Assembly (NCBI GenBank): GCA_963726745.1
Contig: CAVSDR010000002.1
Coordinates: 288,001 to 352,000 of the forward strand
DNA from: an uncultured Verrucomicrobiae bacterium
GTDB taxonomy: Bacteria; Verrucomicrobiota; Verrucomicrobiia; Chthoniobacterales; UBA10450
Reading direction: 5' to 3'
Length of the DNA stretch: 64,000 nt
A program made the translations under genes and the position numbers. The notes under the pieces are model-generated. The model worked only from the letters and a program-made list of their open reading frames with translations. It had not been told where the DNA came from and ran no database searches. This document shows positions 49,438 through 64,000 of this stretch, one piece after another. Each line of letters begins with the position of its first letter. Position 1 is the first letter of the stretch.

Positions 49438-51078
49438 TTACGCCGCCGAAACAGGCGGCGCATTCTCGGGCTTCTTGTGCCCGGCCATGATGTCCGGCCG
49501 CGCCCCGTCGTCGCGGAGCGGCCCGGTCTTGGCCTCCTGCTTCGGATAGGCGATGCGCGTGTGCAGCATGGTCATGAGGGTAAAACGGAAGCGTTCGCGA
49601 ATGATATCCAATTCCGCCAAGGTCAGGTCGCACTCATCGAGCTGGCCATCGGCGATCCGCGCGGCGATCAACTCGTCGACTAATTGCTCCACCTTCTGCG
49701 GCGTTGGTTTTTCCAAACTGCGCGAAGCGCTCTCGACCATGTCCGCGAGGCTAATGATCGCGCTCTCTTTCGTCTGCGGTTTCGGGCCGGGATAACGGAA
49801 GCTCTCTTCGCTCACCTCCGGCACATCGGCATCGCGCAGGTTCATGATCTTGCCGCCGGCGCGCGCGTCTTCCTGCTGCTGGAGGGCGCGCTTGTAGAAA
49901 TAGTAAACCAGCGACGTGCCGTGATGTTGCTGGATCACGTCCACGATCTGGCGGTTGAGGTCGTGCTTGAGCGCGAGATCCACCCCTTCCTTCACGTGCG
50001 CGATGATAATCAGCGCGCTCATCGTCGGCGCGAGATCGTCATGCGGATTGCGCTCGAAGTTCATGTTCTCGGTAAAGTAATCCGGCTTCACCAGTTTGCC
50101 GACATCATGGAAGTAAGAGCACACGCGGCAGAGCGTGCCGTTGGCGCCAATCTTCTCCGCAGCCGCTTCCGCGAGATTCGCCACCACCAGGCTGTGGTGA
50201 TAAGTCCCCGGCGCCTCGATCGTCATCCGGCGAAGGAGCGGGTGGTTCAAGTCCGAGGCTTCGAGCCAGGAGATGTCGGTGGTGATTCGGAAGGCGTGCT
50301 CGAGCATCGGCAAAATGCCGCCGACGATGGTCGCGGTGATGATGCCGTTGCCGATCGCGAGCGCGCTTTGCAGGCCGAGCATGGGCCAGTCATTCGCGCT
50401 CCAGGCGAAGAGATCGATCGGGCCGATGACGCCGAAGGCGAGCGAGCAAAGCCAGAGCGCCAGGCCGACGCCAAAACCCGCGCGCAAGAGCCGGCTGCGC
50501 CGCCGGACTTGGAGCGTCAGGTAAACCGCGACAAACCCGGCGATGACCGCAGAGGCCAGCAGCGGCGCATCGAAAGCGCCGAAGAGAATGCGCGACCAAA
50601 GACTGACGAAGATCGCCGCATAGAGCCCGTGGTTGCGCCCCAAAAGCACGCTCAAAACCAGCGGCGCAAAGGCGTAGGGCGCGATCAGCGCGGCCATCTC
50701 CGGCTTGAAGCTTTCGAACATTTTCCCGTGCCCGAGAAGGATGACCAGCTTGGTCGCGAGGAGCTGCAGGAAGATGACGCCAAAGACGAGAATCAGCCGC
50801 GAGCTGCGCTTGAAGGTTGCTGGCTGATTGATCCAAAGCTGAATGATGGCCGCGCCCAGGAAGAGCAAGGCGACGACAAAGTTCTTTGTCGGCTCCGGCT
50901 GGTGACCGTTGAAAATCAGGAGCGCGAGCAGCAGCGCGAAGACCGCGAAGATGATCGCCTTGGCGAAACCGGCGTGCTCCAGCCGATTGGTCCACTCGCT
51001 GGTCCCGCGGCGGCGCCGGGTTTTCCCGGAAGCGAGGCCGCGTTTGACCAGCTCCTTGCGCTTGAAAAACTTGAACAT
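49438..51078 (-). CDS. 7TM-HD phosphohydrolase (PgpH-like)
   Basis: TM block, EAPGTYHHS, FHDVGK, QHHGT, FRYPGPKP. Confidence 0.9.
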   Translation of the reverse strand: MFKFFKRKELVKRGLASGKTRRRRGTSEWTNRLEHAGFAKAIIFAVFALLLALLIFNGHQPEPTKNFVVALLFLGAAIIQLWINQPATFKRSSRLILVFGVIFLQLLATKLVILLGHGKMFESFKPEMAALIAPYAFAPLVLSVLLGRNHGLYAAIFVSLWSRILFGAFDAPLLASAVIAGFVAVYLTLQVRRRSRLLRAGFGVGLALWLCSLAFGVIGPIDLFAWSANDWPMLGLQSALAIGNGIITATIVGGILPMLEHAFRITTDISWLEASDLNHPLLRRMTIEAPGTYHHSLVVANLAEAAAEKIGANGTLCRVCSYFHDVGKLVKPDYFTENMNFERNPHDDLAPTMSALIIIAHVKEGVDLALKHDLNRQIVDVIQQHHGTSLVYYFYKRALQQQEDARAGGKIMNLRDADVPEVSEESFRYPGPKPQTKESAIISLADMVESASRSLEKPTPQKVEQLVDELIAARIADGQLDECDLTLAELDIIRERFRFTLMTMLHTRIAYPKQEAKTGPLRDDGARPDIMAGHKKPENAPPVSAA

Positions 51079-51082
51079 GCTC

Positions 51083-52066
51083 CTACTTGCGCGAGCCGCC
51101 GCCGTGGTTGGCGGGCGAACGGTGCTGCTGATAGGCGTTGATGATCGCCCGCACCAACTCGTGCCGCACGACGTCGCGTTCGTTGAAGTAAACCATACCG
51201 ATGCCGGGCACCGACTTCAGCGCCTGCAAGGCTTCCACCAAGCCGGAACGTTTGTTCGAGGGCAAGTCGATTTGCGTCACGTCGCCGGTGACGACGCACT
51301 TGGAATTTTGTCCAATGCGCGTGAGCAACATGAACATCTGCTCCGTGGTCGTGTTCTGAGCTTCATCGAGAATGACGAAGGCATTGCTAAGCGTGCGCCC
51401 GCGCATGTAGGCCAGCGGCGCGACCTCGATCACCTGCCGCGCCATGTGCCTTTCGATTTCTTCCGGCTCGAGCATGTCGCGCAGCGAATCGTAAAGCGGG
51501 CGGAGGTAGGGCGTGATCTTCTCCTGCAAGTCGCCGGGTAAAAACCCGAGCGCTTCGCCCGCCTCGACTGCGGGGCGCGTGAGCACGATGCGGCTGACCT
51601 GGTCTCTTTTGAGCGCTTCCACGGCTTTCGCCACTGCAAGGTAAGTTTTGCCGGTGCCGGCGGGGCCGATGCCGAAAACGATGTCGTGCTTTTGGATCGC
51701 TTGCGCGTAATTGCGCTGGCCGGCGGTCCGCATCACAATCGGCGCCTTGCGCGAGGACGTGACGATCTTGACGTCGACGACGTCGGCTAAATTCTCCGCG
51801 CGCGCCTCAGCGACAGAGTCGAGAGCGTAGTTGAACTGCTGTTTCTCGATGGTCACACCTTTCAGCCGCGCCTGCTCGAGTTGGTCGAAGACTTCCTGCG
51901 CGCGCTCGATCTGCTCCCGCTCGCCCTCCAACTTCACCCAGCCTTCGCGCGTCGTGACCTTGACCCCTAACGAGTCCTCGAGCGACTTCAGGAGCTTGAG
52001 GTCGTTCGCATAGAGCGACTGCAGCGCGCGGGCGCTCTCAAACTGCAACGTGCGGGATTCGGGCAT
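51083..52066 (-). CDS. phoH: PhoH-family ATPase
   Basis: GPAGTGKT, RPAVEAGE, YMRGRT, DEAQN, GDVTQ. Confidence 0.94.
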   Translation of the reverse strand: MPESRTLQFESARALQSLYANDLKLLKSLEDSLGVKVTTREGWVKLEGEREQIERAQEVFDQLEQARLKGVTIEKQQFNYALDSVAEARAENLADVVDVKIVTSSRKAPIVMRTAGQRNYAQAIQKHDIVFGIGPAGTGKTYLAVAKAVEALKRDQVSRIVLTRPAVEAGEALGFLPGDLQEKITPYLRPLYDSLRDMLEPEEIERHMARQVIEVAPLAYMRGRTLSNAFVILDEAQNTTTEQMFMLLTRIGQNSKCVVTGDVTQIDLPSNKRSGLVEALQALKSVPGIGMVYFNERDVVRHELVRAIINAYQQHRSPANHGGGSRK

Positions 52067-52096
52067 CAGCAGCCTGGGTGCGGCCGGTCGGGAGTT

Positions 52097-52543
52097 TTAG
52101 CGGAAACCGTAGACCAGCGCCCAATGAGTGCGCTCGTCCGGTGAATCTTCGATGCTGACGATGATGAAGTAGCTGCCAGTGGTCTGCGGGATGATGTGGG
52201 CGGCGGCGAAGTGGCTCTTCTGCCAGCTATCGGGCTGTTCCACCAGCTTACCCTCGGAATCGTAGATGTGGACGGAGATTTTCGCCTTCTCCACTTCCGT
52301 CCCAAGCCAGAACCAATATTCGTTGCCCTTGAAAAGCTGCTGGCGCACAGCCTTTTTTTCGCCCACGCCGAGGTCGCCGCCCCAGTAATCTTCGCGCACC
52401 TGGAAGCCGTCCTTCACATAGGGCTCCGCCGCCTGCAGGGCGAAAGATTGCGCGTCGTCCACCGAAGCCTGCGCGCGCGAGAGGCAGGCGCCCACCACCG
52501 CCAGGCAGAGGGCAGCGCGCACGGAAAGTTTGAGCAAAGCCAT
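52097..52543 (-). CDS. Secreted hypothetical protein
   Basis: Signal peptide, beta-rich mature part, co-oriented with phoH. Confidence 0.8.
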   Translation of the reverse strand: MALLKLSVRAALCLAVVGACLSRAQASVDDAQSFALQAAEPYVKDGFQVREDYWGGDLGVGEKKAVRQQLFKGNEYWFWLGTEVEKAKISVHIYDSEGKLVEQPDSWQKSHFAAAHIIPQTTGSYFIIVSIEDSPDERTHWALVYGFR

Positions 52544-52545
52544 AT

Positions 52546-53340
52546 CTATTTCGTGGAAATCGCCTGGTCGAGCCGCGTGGTAATCTCGTTGATTCGTTTG
52601 ACCGACTGCGCAGAGATGCCCCCGTCGGCTACATCGATCAAAGGTTTTACCTCGACCAACCCGGCGCGGATGTCCTGCAGAAGCTTGGAATTGAACTGCG
52701 GCATGGAGCGCAACCGCTCGTCGAAGTAACTCAGAAGATCTGGCTGATGGAGCAGTTCGGCGCCGTCGCTGGAAAATTTCTTGTTCACCACCGAGGTCAA
52801 AACCTCCGTGCCGCGGAGCCAGCCGCCGAGGCTGACCAAATGCGAGAGCTTCTCGTCATCCACTTCGCGCATCGCCTGCTGCACGGAGTTTTGGGTCCGG
52901 TCGAGTTCCTGTTTCACCGTCGCCCAGTTGCGCTTATCGGCGGCTTCCGTGATCGCCTTCGCGTGCGGGGTGATTGAATTGCCCACGCCGATTCCCTTGG
53001 CGAGGCCGAGGACACGCTGGCCGATATCCTTCACCGTGGGCGCGTCTTCCGCCTGCACCGCAATGAAGCCGTCGGCAATCACCGTCCCGAGCAGCAGCGC
53101 GATCCGCGGGCGCTCGGTGAAATTGTTCCCCTTGTCGTTGCGCACGTATTCCTTCCAGTTCACCCCGCCGAGCTTGTTCAAGGCGCCGAAGATCTCGTTA
53201 GGCAGCGGCACGACTACATCCTCCACCCGCTTAAACGGTTTCAGATCGATTTGTCGCGGAGCGTCCGCGGCCAGTGTGGTGAGGGACAGGCCGGTCGCCG
53301 CGAGCGCGAGCAGCTTGAGAAAATTTGAAAAATGGATCAT
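52546..53340 (-). CDS. Secreted hypothetical protein (alpha-helical)
   Basis: Signal peptide, LGGWLRG, HQPDLL; 2-nt gap to the next gene. Confidence 0.8.
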   Translation of the reverse strand: MIHFSNFLKLLALAATGLSLTTLAADAPRQIDLKPFKRVEDVVVPLPNEIFGALNKLGGVNWKEYVRNDKGNNFTERPRIALLLGTVIADGFIAVQAEDAPTVKDIGQRVLGLAKGIGVGNSITPHAKAITEAADKRNWATVKQELDRTQNSVQQAMREVDDEKLSHLVSLGGWLRGTEVLTSVVNKKFSSDGAELLHQPDLLSYFDERLRSMPQFNSKLLQDIRAGLVEVKPLIDVADGGISAQSVKRINEITTRLDQAISTK

Positions 53341-53494
53341 CCGGAGCTTCGACTGTTGATTTGGACTTCTATTCAGGATTAGTGGTTAACTCTAGGCGGA
53401 ACTTGGCAGCGCACAATTTACCCCTCGGCGACATTTTGACAGTCCTATTTCGCAATGCCTCGCCGAGCTGTGTCGCCGGCCCCTTTTCTCCAGC

Positions 53495-54496
53495 ATGACG
53501 CCGGCGCGCCTCGACCAAATCCTCTCCCGCGCCGCCAGCAAGCGCATTCTCGTAATCGGCGACCTGATGCTGGACGAGTTTGTCTGGGGAAAGGTCGGCC
53601 GCATCTCGCCCGAGGCACCCGTGCCGGTGGTCGAGGTCACCGGCGAGAGCTTTTATCCCGGCGGCGCGGCCAACGTCGCCCGCAACCTTCGCGAATTTAG
53701 CCAGCAACCTTTGGTCGTCGGCCTCGTCGGGTGCGATCGCGGCGGAGTGGAACTTTGCCGCCTGCTCGAGGAGTGCGCCATCGACACCTCGAGCACGCTG
53801 CAGGACGCCGCTTTCCCTACGATCGTAAAAACGCGCATCATCGCCCGGCAGCAGCAGGTCGTGCGCGTCGACCGCGAGCAAATCCGCCCGCCAAGCGCGG
53901 ACCAGGTCAACGAGGTGGTCGAGCGCCTGCGCGCCCGCATGGACGAGATCGATGCGCTCGTGTTCGAGGATTACGGGAAAGGCTTCCTCTCTGCGGAATT
54001 GGTCGCGCGCGTGACCGAGGCCGCCGCGGGCAAGATCATCACGGTCGATCCAAACCCGCGGCACGCCGTTGCTTGGAAAAACGTCACCGCGGTGAAGCCC
54101 AACCGCCTCGAGGCCTTTCACGCTGCCGGCCTTCCCTGGACCGATCCGGTCGAGCCTGCGACCGCGGACCAAAGCCTGCGCGAGGTTGGGCAGAAGTTGC
54201 TGGCTAAATGGGGCACGCAATACCTCCTGATCACTCTCGGCGAGCAGGGCATGATGCTTTTCGAAGGCGAGGAGGTGCGCCACATCCCGACAAAGGCGCG
54301 CCAGGTCTTCGACGTCTCTGGTGCGGGCGACACCGCGATTGCGCTTTTTACCCTCGCCCTCTGCGGCGGAGGGAGCGCTTTCGAAGCGGCGGACATTGCC
54401 AATCACGCCAGCGCGGTCGTCGTCGGCAAGCTCGGCACGGCCACGGTCACGCGCGCGGAACTCGTCGCCAGCTACGAGGATGACTTCGCAGCCTAA
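53495..54496 (+). CDS. rfaE1: D-glycero-beta-D-manno-heptose-7-phosphate kinase (RfaE domain I / HldA)
   Basis: GDLMLD, RISPEAPVPV, GGAANVA, DVSGAGDT. Confidence 0.93.
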   Translation: MTPARLDQILSRAASKRILVIGDLMLDEFVWGKVGRISPEAPVPVVEVTGESFYPGGAANVARNLREFSQQPLVVGLVGCDRGGVELCRLLEECAIDTSSTLQDAAFPTIVKTRIIARQQQVVRVDREQIRPPSADQVNEVVERLRARMDEIDALVFEDYGKGFLSAELVARVTEAAAGKIITVDPNPRHAVAWKNVTAVKPNRLEAFHAAGLPWTDPVEPATADQSLREVGQKLLAKWGTQYLLITLGEQGMMLFEGEEVRHIPTKARQVFDVSGAGDTAIALFTLALCGGGSAFEAADIANHASAVVVGKLGTATVTRAELVASYEDDFAA

Positions 54497-55008
54497 CGAG
54501 CGCATTCCCGCGGTTTTCCTCGATCGCGACGGCACGATTATGCGCGACGTGGAATACTGCAGCGATCCCGCGCGCGTGGAGGTATTTCCCGGTGCAGCCG
54601 CGGCGCTCGCGCGCTTGCGCAAAGCAGGCTACAAGCTGGTCATCATCACCAATCAGAGCGGCCTTGGGCGGGGCTATTTTACCGAGACGGATTACCACGC
54701 GGTGGAGCGCGAACTGGACCGACAATTAGGCAGCCAGCTGATCGATGCGCGCTATTTCTGCCCGGACAAACCGGACGCCGCGAGCGCGCGCCGGAAGCCG
54801 GGCATCGGCATGATCCAGGAAGCGGCTCGCGACCTCGAGCTGGATCTCGCGCGCTCCTTTTTCGTGGGCGACAAGGCAATCGATGCCGAGTGCGGCCGCG
54901 CCGCCGGCTTGCGCACGATCGTCGTGCAAACTGGCCTGCGTGATGAAAGCGCCGCCGGCGACTGGGCCGCGCGCGACCTCGCGGAAGCGGCGGAAATCAT
55001 CCTGCGCC

Positions 55009-55019
<11 letters not shown>
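54480..55019 (+). CDS. gmhB: D,D-heptose 1,7-bisphosphate phosphatase
   Basis: FLDRDGT, TNQSG, RKPGIG, VGDKAID. Confidence 0.92.
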
Positions 55020-58303
<3,284 letters not shown>

Positions 58304-58307
<4 letters not shown>

Positions 58308-59444
58308 TTGGTCGCGGTCAGGGCTGCGCGGGCCTGGGTGACGCGCGCGATCGCATCTTCCACGGTGTCGCCCATCGCGGTCAGGTGGCCCATTTTGCGT
58401 CGCGGGCGCGGCTCGGATTTGCCGTAGAGATGCAAGTGAATCCCCTCGCTCCTGCAAGGCCTCGAGCCAGCACGGTTCGCCTTGTTGCCAGACGCCGCCG
58501 AGGATGTTCGCCATCGCCGCCGGGCGGAGGATTTCGGTCGAGCCAAGCGGCAACCCGCAGACCGCGCGCAGCTGTTGCTCGAACTGGCTGGTGGCGCAGG
58601 CCTCGATCGTCCAATGCCCGGAATTGTGCGGGCGCGGCGCCAGTTCGTTGACTAAAATCTCGCCGCCTGGTTTCACGAACATCTCGACCGCGAGCAGGCC
58701 GACGAGCCCGAGCTTCTCGGCGATCTCGCGCGCAAGCGCCGCCGCATTCGTGGCCACGCTTTCGCTCACCCGGGCAGGCGCCACCGTGATGTCGAGGATG
58801 TGGTGCTTGTGGATGTTTTCGCAGACCGGGAAAGTGCTCATGGTCCCGTCCGGCGAGCGTGCGACGATCACGGAAATCTCGCGCTCAAACTGCACCGCGC
58901 CCTCCAGAACCATCCCTTCGGCGGGCGCGCTCCCCCAAATCTCATCAAAGTCTTCGCGCGAGTTGATCGTCTGCTGGCCTTTGCCGTCGTAGCCGAACGC
59001 GGCGGTCTTCAAAATCGCCGGTCGCCCGATCTGCTCGATCGCGTTGGCTAATTCCTGCGCGCTCCGGACGGCGCGGAACGGTGCGATCGGAACGCCAGCG
59101 CTGGTCAGGAATTCTTTTTCGCGCAGGCGATTTTGCGCAATGTGCAGAATCGAGCCGGCTGGACGGACGTCGCGCACCTCGGCGCACCATTCGACCGTCT
59201 GCGCGGGGATGTTCTCGAACTCGAACGTGACCACGTCGACGTCGCCGGCGAACTTTCGCACAGCCGCTTCGCTACCGTAATCAGCGATGCGGGTAAGGTC
59301 AGCGAACTGTCCCGCTGGGCTTTCTTCCTCGGGGGTGAAAACCTCGACGCGGTAACCCATGCGACGCGCTTCCATCGCCAGCATGCGGCCCAACTGGCCG
59401 CCGCCCATGACGCCGATAACCGAGCCCGGCAGGTAAGTGCTCAT
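58304..59444 (-). CDS. purK: N5-carboxyaminoimidazole ribonucleotide synthase, frameshift near 58445
   Basis: [29 protein letters not shown]...RKMGH in the next frame. Confidence 0.95.
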
Positions 59445-59938
59445 GGGAGCTTTTGCGCGAGCACCGAAGCGGTCTGCCGTTGGCGAAACGCCTCCACGTT
59501 GGCGCGCACCTTGGCGTTCGTTAGGCCAACGATGCTGGCGGCGAGCAGGCCGGCGTTTTTCGCGCCGGGAATGCCGATCGCGAGCGTGCCGACGGCGATG
59601 CCGCCGGGCATCTGCGCGATCGAAAGGAGCGAGTCGAGCCCGTTGAGCGCCTTCGATTCCACCGGCACGCCGAGGACCGGAAGCCAGGTCTGGGCCGCGA
59701 TCATGCCGGGTAAATGGGCCGCGCCACCCGCGCCCGCGATGATCACCCGAAGGCCGCGCCCGGCGGCTTCGTGGGAAAATTTAGTCATCAAATCGGGCGT
59801 GCGATGGGCCGAGACGATGCGGTTTTCATTCGGCACCCCGAGTTCCTCGAGCATCTCGACCGCGTGCCGCATGGTCTCCCAATCGGACTGGCTGCCCATG
59901 ACCACGGCGACGAGAGCGGAGGATTTTGACGTGGCCAT
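59441..59938 (-). CDS. purE: N5-CAIR mutase
   Basis: [27 protein letters not shown]. Confidence 0.97.
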   Translation of the reverse strand: MATSKSSALVAVVMGSQSDWETMRHAVEMLEELGVPNENRIVSAHRTPDLMTKFSHEAAGRGLRVIIAGAGGAAHLPGMIAAQTWLPVLGVPVESKALNGLDSLLSIAQMPGGIAVGTLAIGIPGAKNAGLLAASIVGLTNAKVRANVEAFRQRQTASVLAQKLP

Positions 59939-60062
59939 GATCTGCGAAAAGATGACTTCCCGCAGACGAGCGGGTTGTAAAGAGTTTTTGCGTTGGGCGA
60001 GGGTCCTCGATGGTTCCGAGGAGCTCGATTGCCAGCGTCCTCTCGGGCTCCGAAGTTGAGTC

Positions 60063-60572
60063 ATGTCGGATCGCGGAAAAGCCACCGTTCTCATCGGCTT
60101 CATGGGCGCGGGAAAGTCGGCTGCCGGCCGCGTGCTCGCGGAGCGGTCAGGGCTGCCGTTGCGCGAGACCGACGAGCTGGTCAGCGCCCGCACCGGGCGG
60201 ACGATCACGCAGCTTTTTGCGGAGGAAGGCGAAGCTGCTTTTCGCGACGCGGAGAGCGCGGTGATCCACGCGCTCGCGGCGGAACCAGCGATCGTCGTCA
60301 CGGGCGGCGGAGCGATTTTGCGGCCGGAAAACGTCGCCTGTTTTCGGCGTCTCGGGCAGGTGGTGCACCTCACCGCCGACCCGGAAATTCTTTTCGGCCG
60401 CGTCTCCGGCGAGACGACGCGCCCGCTCCTCCTCGGCGAGAATTCGCGCGCGACCTTTGCCCGCTTGTTCGCAGAACGCGCCCCACTCTACGCCGCCGCG
60501 GCCGATTGGACGATCGACACCGCCGGGTTAACGCCGGAGGAAGTGGCGGAGGAAATCCTGCGCCATGAGTGA
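60063..60572 (+). CDS. aroK: Shikimate kinase
   Basis: [22 protein letters not shown]. Confidence 0.94.
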   Translation: MSDRGKATVLIGFMGAGKSAAGRVLAERSGLPLRETDELVSARTGRTITQLFAEEGEAAFRDAESAVIHALAAEPAIVVTGGGAILRPENVACFRRLGQVVHLTADPEILFGRVSGETTRPLLLGENSRATFARLFAERAPLYAAAADWTIDTAGLTPEEVAEEILRHE

Positions 60573-61644
60573 GTTGAAAGTGGAACTGGTCGAGCGCGCG
60601 CTCGCGCTGGGCTTCGATGCCTGCCGGGTGGCAGCCGCGCGGTCGCCGCGTCACACCGCGGAGTTTCGCGAGTGGCTGCGCGACGGCGCCGCCGGCGAGA
60701 TGAGCTGGATCGAACGCGGTGCGGAAAAGCGGAGCGACCCGCAGCTCGTGCTGCCCGGCGTGCAGTCGGTCGTCGTGCTGGCGCTGAATTATTGGCAAGG
60801 CGACACGCCTTCGCCGCCCGCGCGCGGCCGGATCGCGCGCTACGCCTGGGGCGCGGATTACCACGACATCATGCTGCCTAAATTGCGCGCGCTGGATGAA
60901 TTCCTCCGCGAACACGGCGGCACGCAGCGATGCTACGTCGACACCGGCCCGGTGCTGGAGCGCGATTTCGCGGCCGAGGCGGGGATCGGTTGGCAGGGAA
61001 AAAGCACCATGCTGCTCGATCGCCGGCTCGGGACCTGGTTCTTCCTCGGCGAGATTTTGACGACGCTTTCACTCGCGCCCGATGCACCGCAGACAGCGCA
61101 TTGCGGCAGCTGCACCCGCTGCATGGCGGCGTGCCCCACGAGCGCGATCACCGCGCCGCACCGGCTCGATGCGCGGCGCTGCATTTCCTATCTCACGATC
61201 GAACTCAAAGGCGCCATCCCGCTGGAGCTGCGGCCGCTCATCGGCGATCGCATTTACGGCTGCGACACTTGTCTCGACGTCTGCCCGTGGAACCGCTTTG
61301 CCGCGGTCGCGCGCGAGACCGCGCTGCACGCGCGCCCGGAAGTAGCGGCGCTGGAACTGCGCGAGTTCCTTGCGCTGGACGACGCGCGCTTTCGCACGCT
61401 TTTTCGCGGGTCGCCGATCAAGCGGATCAAGCGCCGCGGCTTCCTGCGAAATGTCTGCGTCGCGCTCGGGAATGTCGGCACGCGCGACGATCTCCCGGCG
61501 CTCGCGCGCGCCGCGGCCGATCCCGAGCCGTTGATCGCGGGACACGCGGCCTGGGCGATCGCGCAAATCGAGGCGCGAGCGGTGGCGACGGCGACGGAGT
61601 TTGCAGAAAGCGCCGCCGCGCGCACAGTCAGCGCTATCGCATGA
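60565..61644 (+). CDS. queG: tRNA epoxyqueuosine(34) reductase
   Basis: YAWGADYH, VDTGPVLER, CGSCTRC...CP, CISYLTIE, GCDTCLDVCPWN. Confidence 0.95.
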   Translation: MSELKVELVERALALGFDACRVAAARSPRHTAEFREWLRDGAAGEMSWIERGAEKRSDPQLVLPGVQSVVVLALNYWQGDTPSPPARGRIARYAWGADYHDIMLPKLRALDEFLREHGGTQRCYVDTGPVLERDFAAEAGIGWQGKSTMLLDRRLGTWFFLGEILTTLSLAPDAPQTAHCGSCTRCMAACPTSAITAPHRLDARRCISYLTIELKGAIPLELRPLIGDRIYGCDTCLDVCPWNRFAAVARETALHARPEVAALELREFLALDDARFRTLFRGSPIKRIKRRGFLRNVCVALGNVGTRDDLPALARAAADPEPLIAGHAAWAIAQIEARAVATATEFAESAAARTVSAIA

Positions 61645-61809
61645 AACTTCTTTTTCTGGCCGCGCTCGCAGGTGGCGGCTCTTGTTCTCGGCGGTTGCGC
61701 CAGTGGTCTCGAAACCGACGACACCGACCGCGGCCCGGCGGCCTTCTCCGCCGATCCGATGGGCCATATCCCGGTGCCGCGGGAGAGCCATTTCGCCGAT
61801 CCGCGCTAA
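61641..61809 (+). CDS. Small lipoprotein, frameshift near 61671
   Basis: Removing one G gives MKLLFLAALAVAALVLGGC-ASGLETDDTDRGPAAFSADPMGHIPVPRESHFADPR; ATGA overlap with queG. Confidence 0.6.
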
Positions 61810-61917
61810 CGCTGGCGCCGCCCGTTTTTTCGCTTTTCCCGCTTGAACGCCGCGCCTCGAATCGCGGTCTGAGAAAGCTACCCATTCGCCTGGCCTTCCG
61901 CTAGGCTCCACCCCCTG

Positions 61918-63309
61918 ATGCAACAAACTCTCTCCCGGCCAGCCGCGTCCACCGCGCCGGCCGAGCCCGCGCCGGTCTCGCCGCTCGCTTCGAAAAAGAA
62001 GCGTTCGCGCCGCCGGCGTTATCTCATTATTGGAATCGTCGGCCTGCTCGTGGCCTGGCTGGTGATCTCGATCATCAACGGCAAACGCGAGAAACCACTC
62101 CCGGTGCAAACCGAAAAGGCGATCCGGCGGACGATCATCCAGACGGTCTCGGCGACCGGCAAGATCCAGCCCGAAGTGGAAGTCAAAATCTCCCCGGAAG
62201 TAGCCGGCGAGATCACCGAGTTGCCCGTGGAGGACGGGATGAAAGTGAAGAAAGGCGCGCTCCTCTTGAAGATCCGGCCGGATAGCTACAAGGCGATCCT
62301 CGAGGCGCAGGAAGCGTCGATCAGCTCCGCCCGTGCGACCAGCTTGCAACTGAAGGCGGCAGCCTTCAAGGCCGACGCCGATCTCAAGCGGGCGCAGGAT
62401 TTGTTTAACAAGAAGATGATCTCGGAATCCGAGATGGTCGCAGCGCAGACGACGAACGAAGTGGCCAAGGCGAACTTTGACAGCTCGCTGCACGAGATCG
62501 AGCGCGCCGAAGCCGGGTCCAGCCAGGCGCGCGACCAGCTTTCCAAGACCACCATCTATTCGCCGATCGATGGCACGGTCACGGTCTTGAATAGCAAGCG
62601 CGGCGAGCGCGTGGTCGCGACCAACCAATTCGCCGGCACCGAAGTGATGCGCGTGGCCGACCTGACGAACATGGAGGCGCGGGTCGACGTGAACGAGAAC
62701 GACGTGGTCAACGTAAAGGTGGGCGACAAAACGATCATCGCGATCGATGCCTACGGAGAGCGGAAATTCCACGGCACCGTCGCGCAGATCGCGAACACCG
62801 GGAAAACCACCGGCGCGGCCACCCAGGAAGAAGTGACCAATTTTGAGGTCAAGATCCACATCGACGACAACGATGTGCAGCTTCGCCCGGGTCTGAGTTG
62901 CACTGCGGATATCCAGACCGACATGGTCGAGAACGCCGTCGCCGTGCCGATGCAGAGCGTGACCATTCGCACCGGAGACAGCAACTTGAGCCCGGAAGAA
63001 ATCGAGAAGCGCAAGGCGAAGCAGGCCGCGAGCGACAAGGGCGATAACGCCGCCGAGCTCACAAACGAGCGCCAGGAAAAGCGCGCCGAGCGCGAAGAGC
63101 GCGAGAAGATGTCCAAGGGCGTCTTCCTCAAAACGGGCGGCGTGGTCAAATGGCAGAAGGTCACCACTGGAATCGCCGACGACACTTTCATGGAGATCAA
63201 AAGCGGGGTGCAACCCGGCGATGAAGTGATTTCCGGGAGCTACAGCGCGATCAGCCGCAAGCTCAAGGATGGCGCCAAGGTGGAGATCGAGAAGGAAGCG
63301 AAGAAGTAG
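61918..63309 (+). CDS. Efflux periplasmic adaptor subunit (MacA-like)
   Basis: N-terminal TM, SATGKIQP, IYSPIDG, LRPGLS. Confidence 0.92.
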   Translation: MQQTLSRPAASTAPAEPAPVSPLASKKKRSRRRRYLIIGIVGLLVAWLVISIINGKREKPLPVQTEKAIRRTIIQTVSATGKIQPEVEVKISPEVAGEITELPVEDGMKVKKGALLLKIRPDSYKAILEAQEASISSARATSLQLKAAAFKADADLKRAQDLFNKKMISESEMVAAQTTNEVAKANFDSSLHEIERAEAGSSQARDQLSKTTIYSPIDGTVTVLNSKRGERVVATNQFAGTEVMRVADLTNMEARVDVNENDVVNVKVGDKTIIAIDAYGERKFHGTVAQIANTGKTTGAATQEEVTNFEVKIHIDDNDVQLRPGLSCTADIQTDMVENAVAVPMQSVTIRTGDSNLSPEEIEKRKAKQAASDKGDNAAELTNERQEKRAEREEREKMSKGVFLKTGGVVKWQKVTTGIADDTFMEIKSGVQPGDEVISGSYSAISRKLKDGAKVEIEKEAKK

Positions 63310-63321
63310 CGGCGCGCCGGC

Positions 63322-64000
<679 letters not shown>

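Overview
GC-rich (roughly 65%, estimated by eye) chromosomal segment, most likely from a Verrucomicrobiota (Chthoniobacterales-like) bacterium; the taxonomy is inferred from gene content and sorting signals. It is densely packed with housekeeping genes: pdxJ-acpS, metG, folC-accD-comF, bioA-tlyA-nadK, lysC-thrC, dinB, leucine-catabolism genes, manC-ruvX-truA, cysDNC, nuoBC, phoH, hldA-gmhB-kdsB-pyrG, purEK-sua5, aroK-queG and a MacAB-like efflux pair. Accessory content includes two PEP-CTERM-like proteins, a large repeat-containing surface protein and an Xre-RES toxin-antitoxin pair. More than ten genes, some essential, carry single-base frameshifts that look like long-read indel errors. The most notable signals are: (1) a dispersed non-palindromic 9-mer TCGTTAGGC, at least 33 exact copies on both strands and mostly inside coding sequence, plus a related AATTAGCCRGC form, resembling a DNA-uptake or HIP1-type genome signature; (2) a promoter-driven tRNA-shaped RNA with a 31-nt insert where the anticodon loop should be; (3) a single-polypeptide E1alpha-E1beta-lipoyl-E2 2-oxoacid dehydrogenase; (4) a diverged tandem copy of a flavoprotein 5' end at the edge of the adhesin region. 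I saw no rRNA, canonical tRNA, CRISPR array, integrase or transposase.
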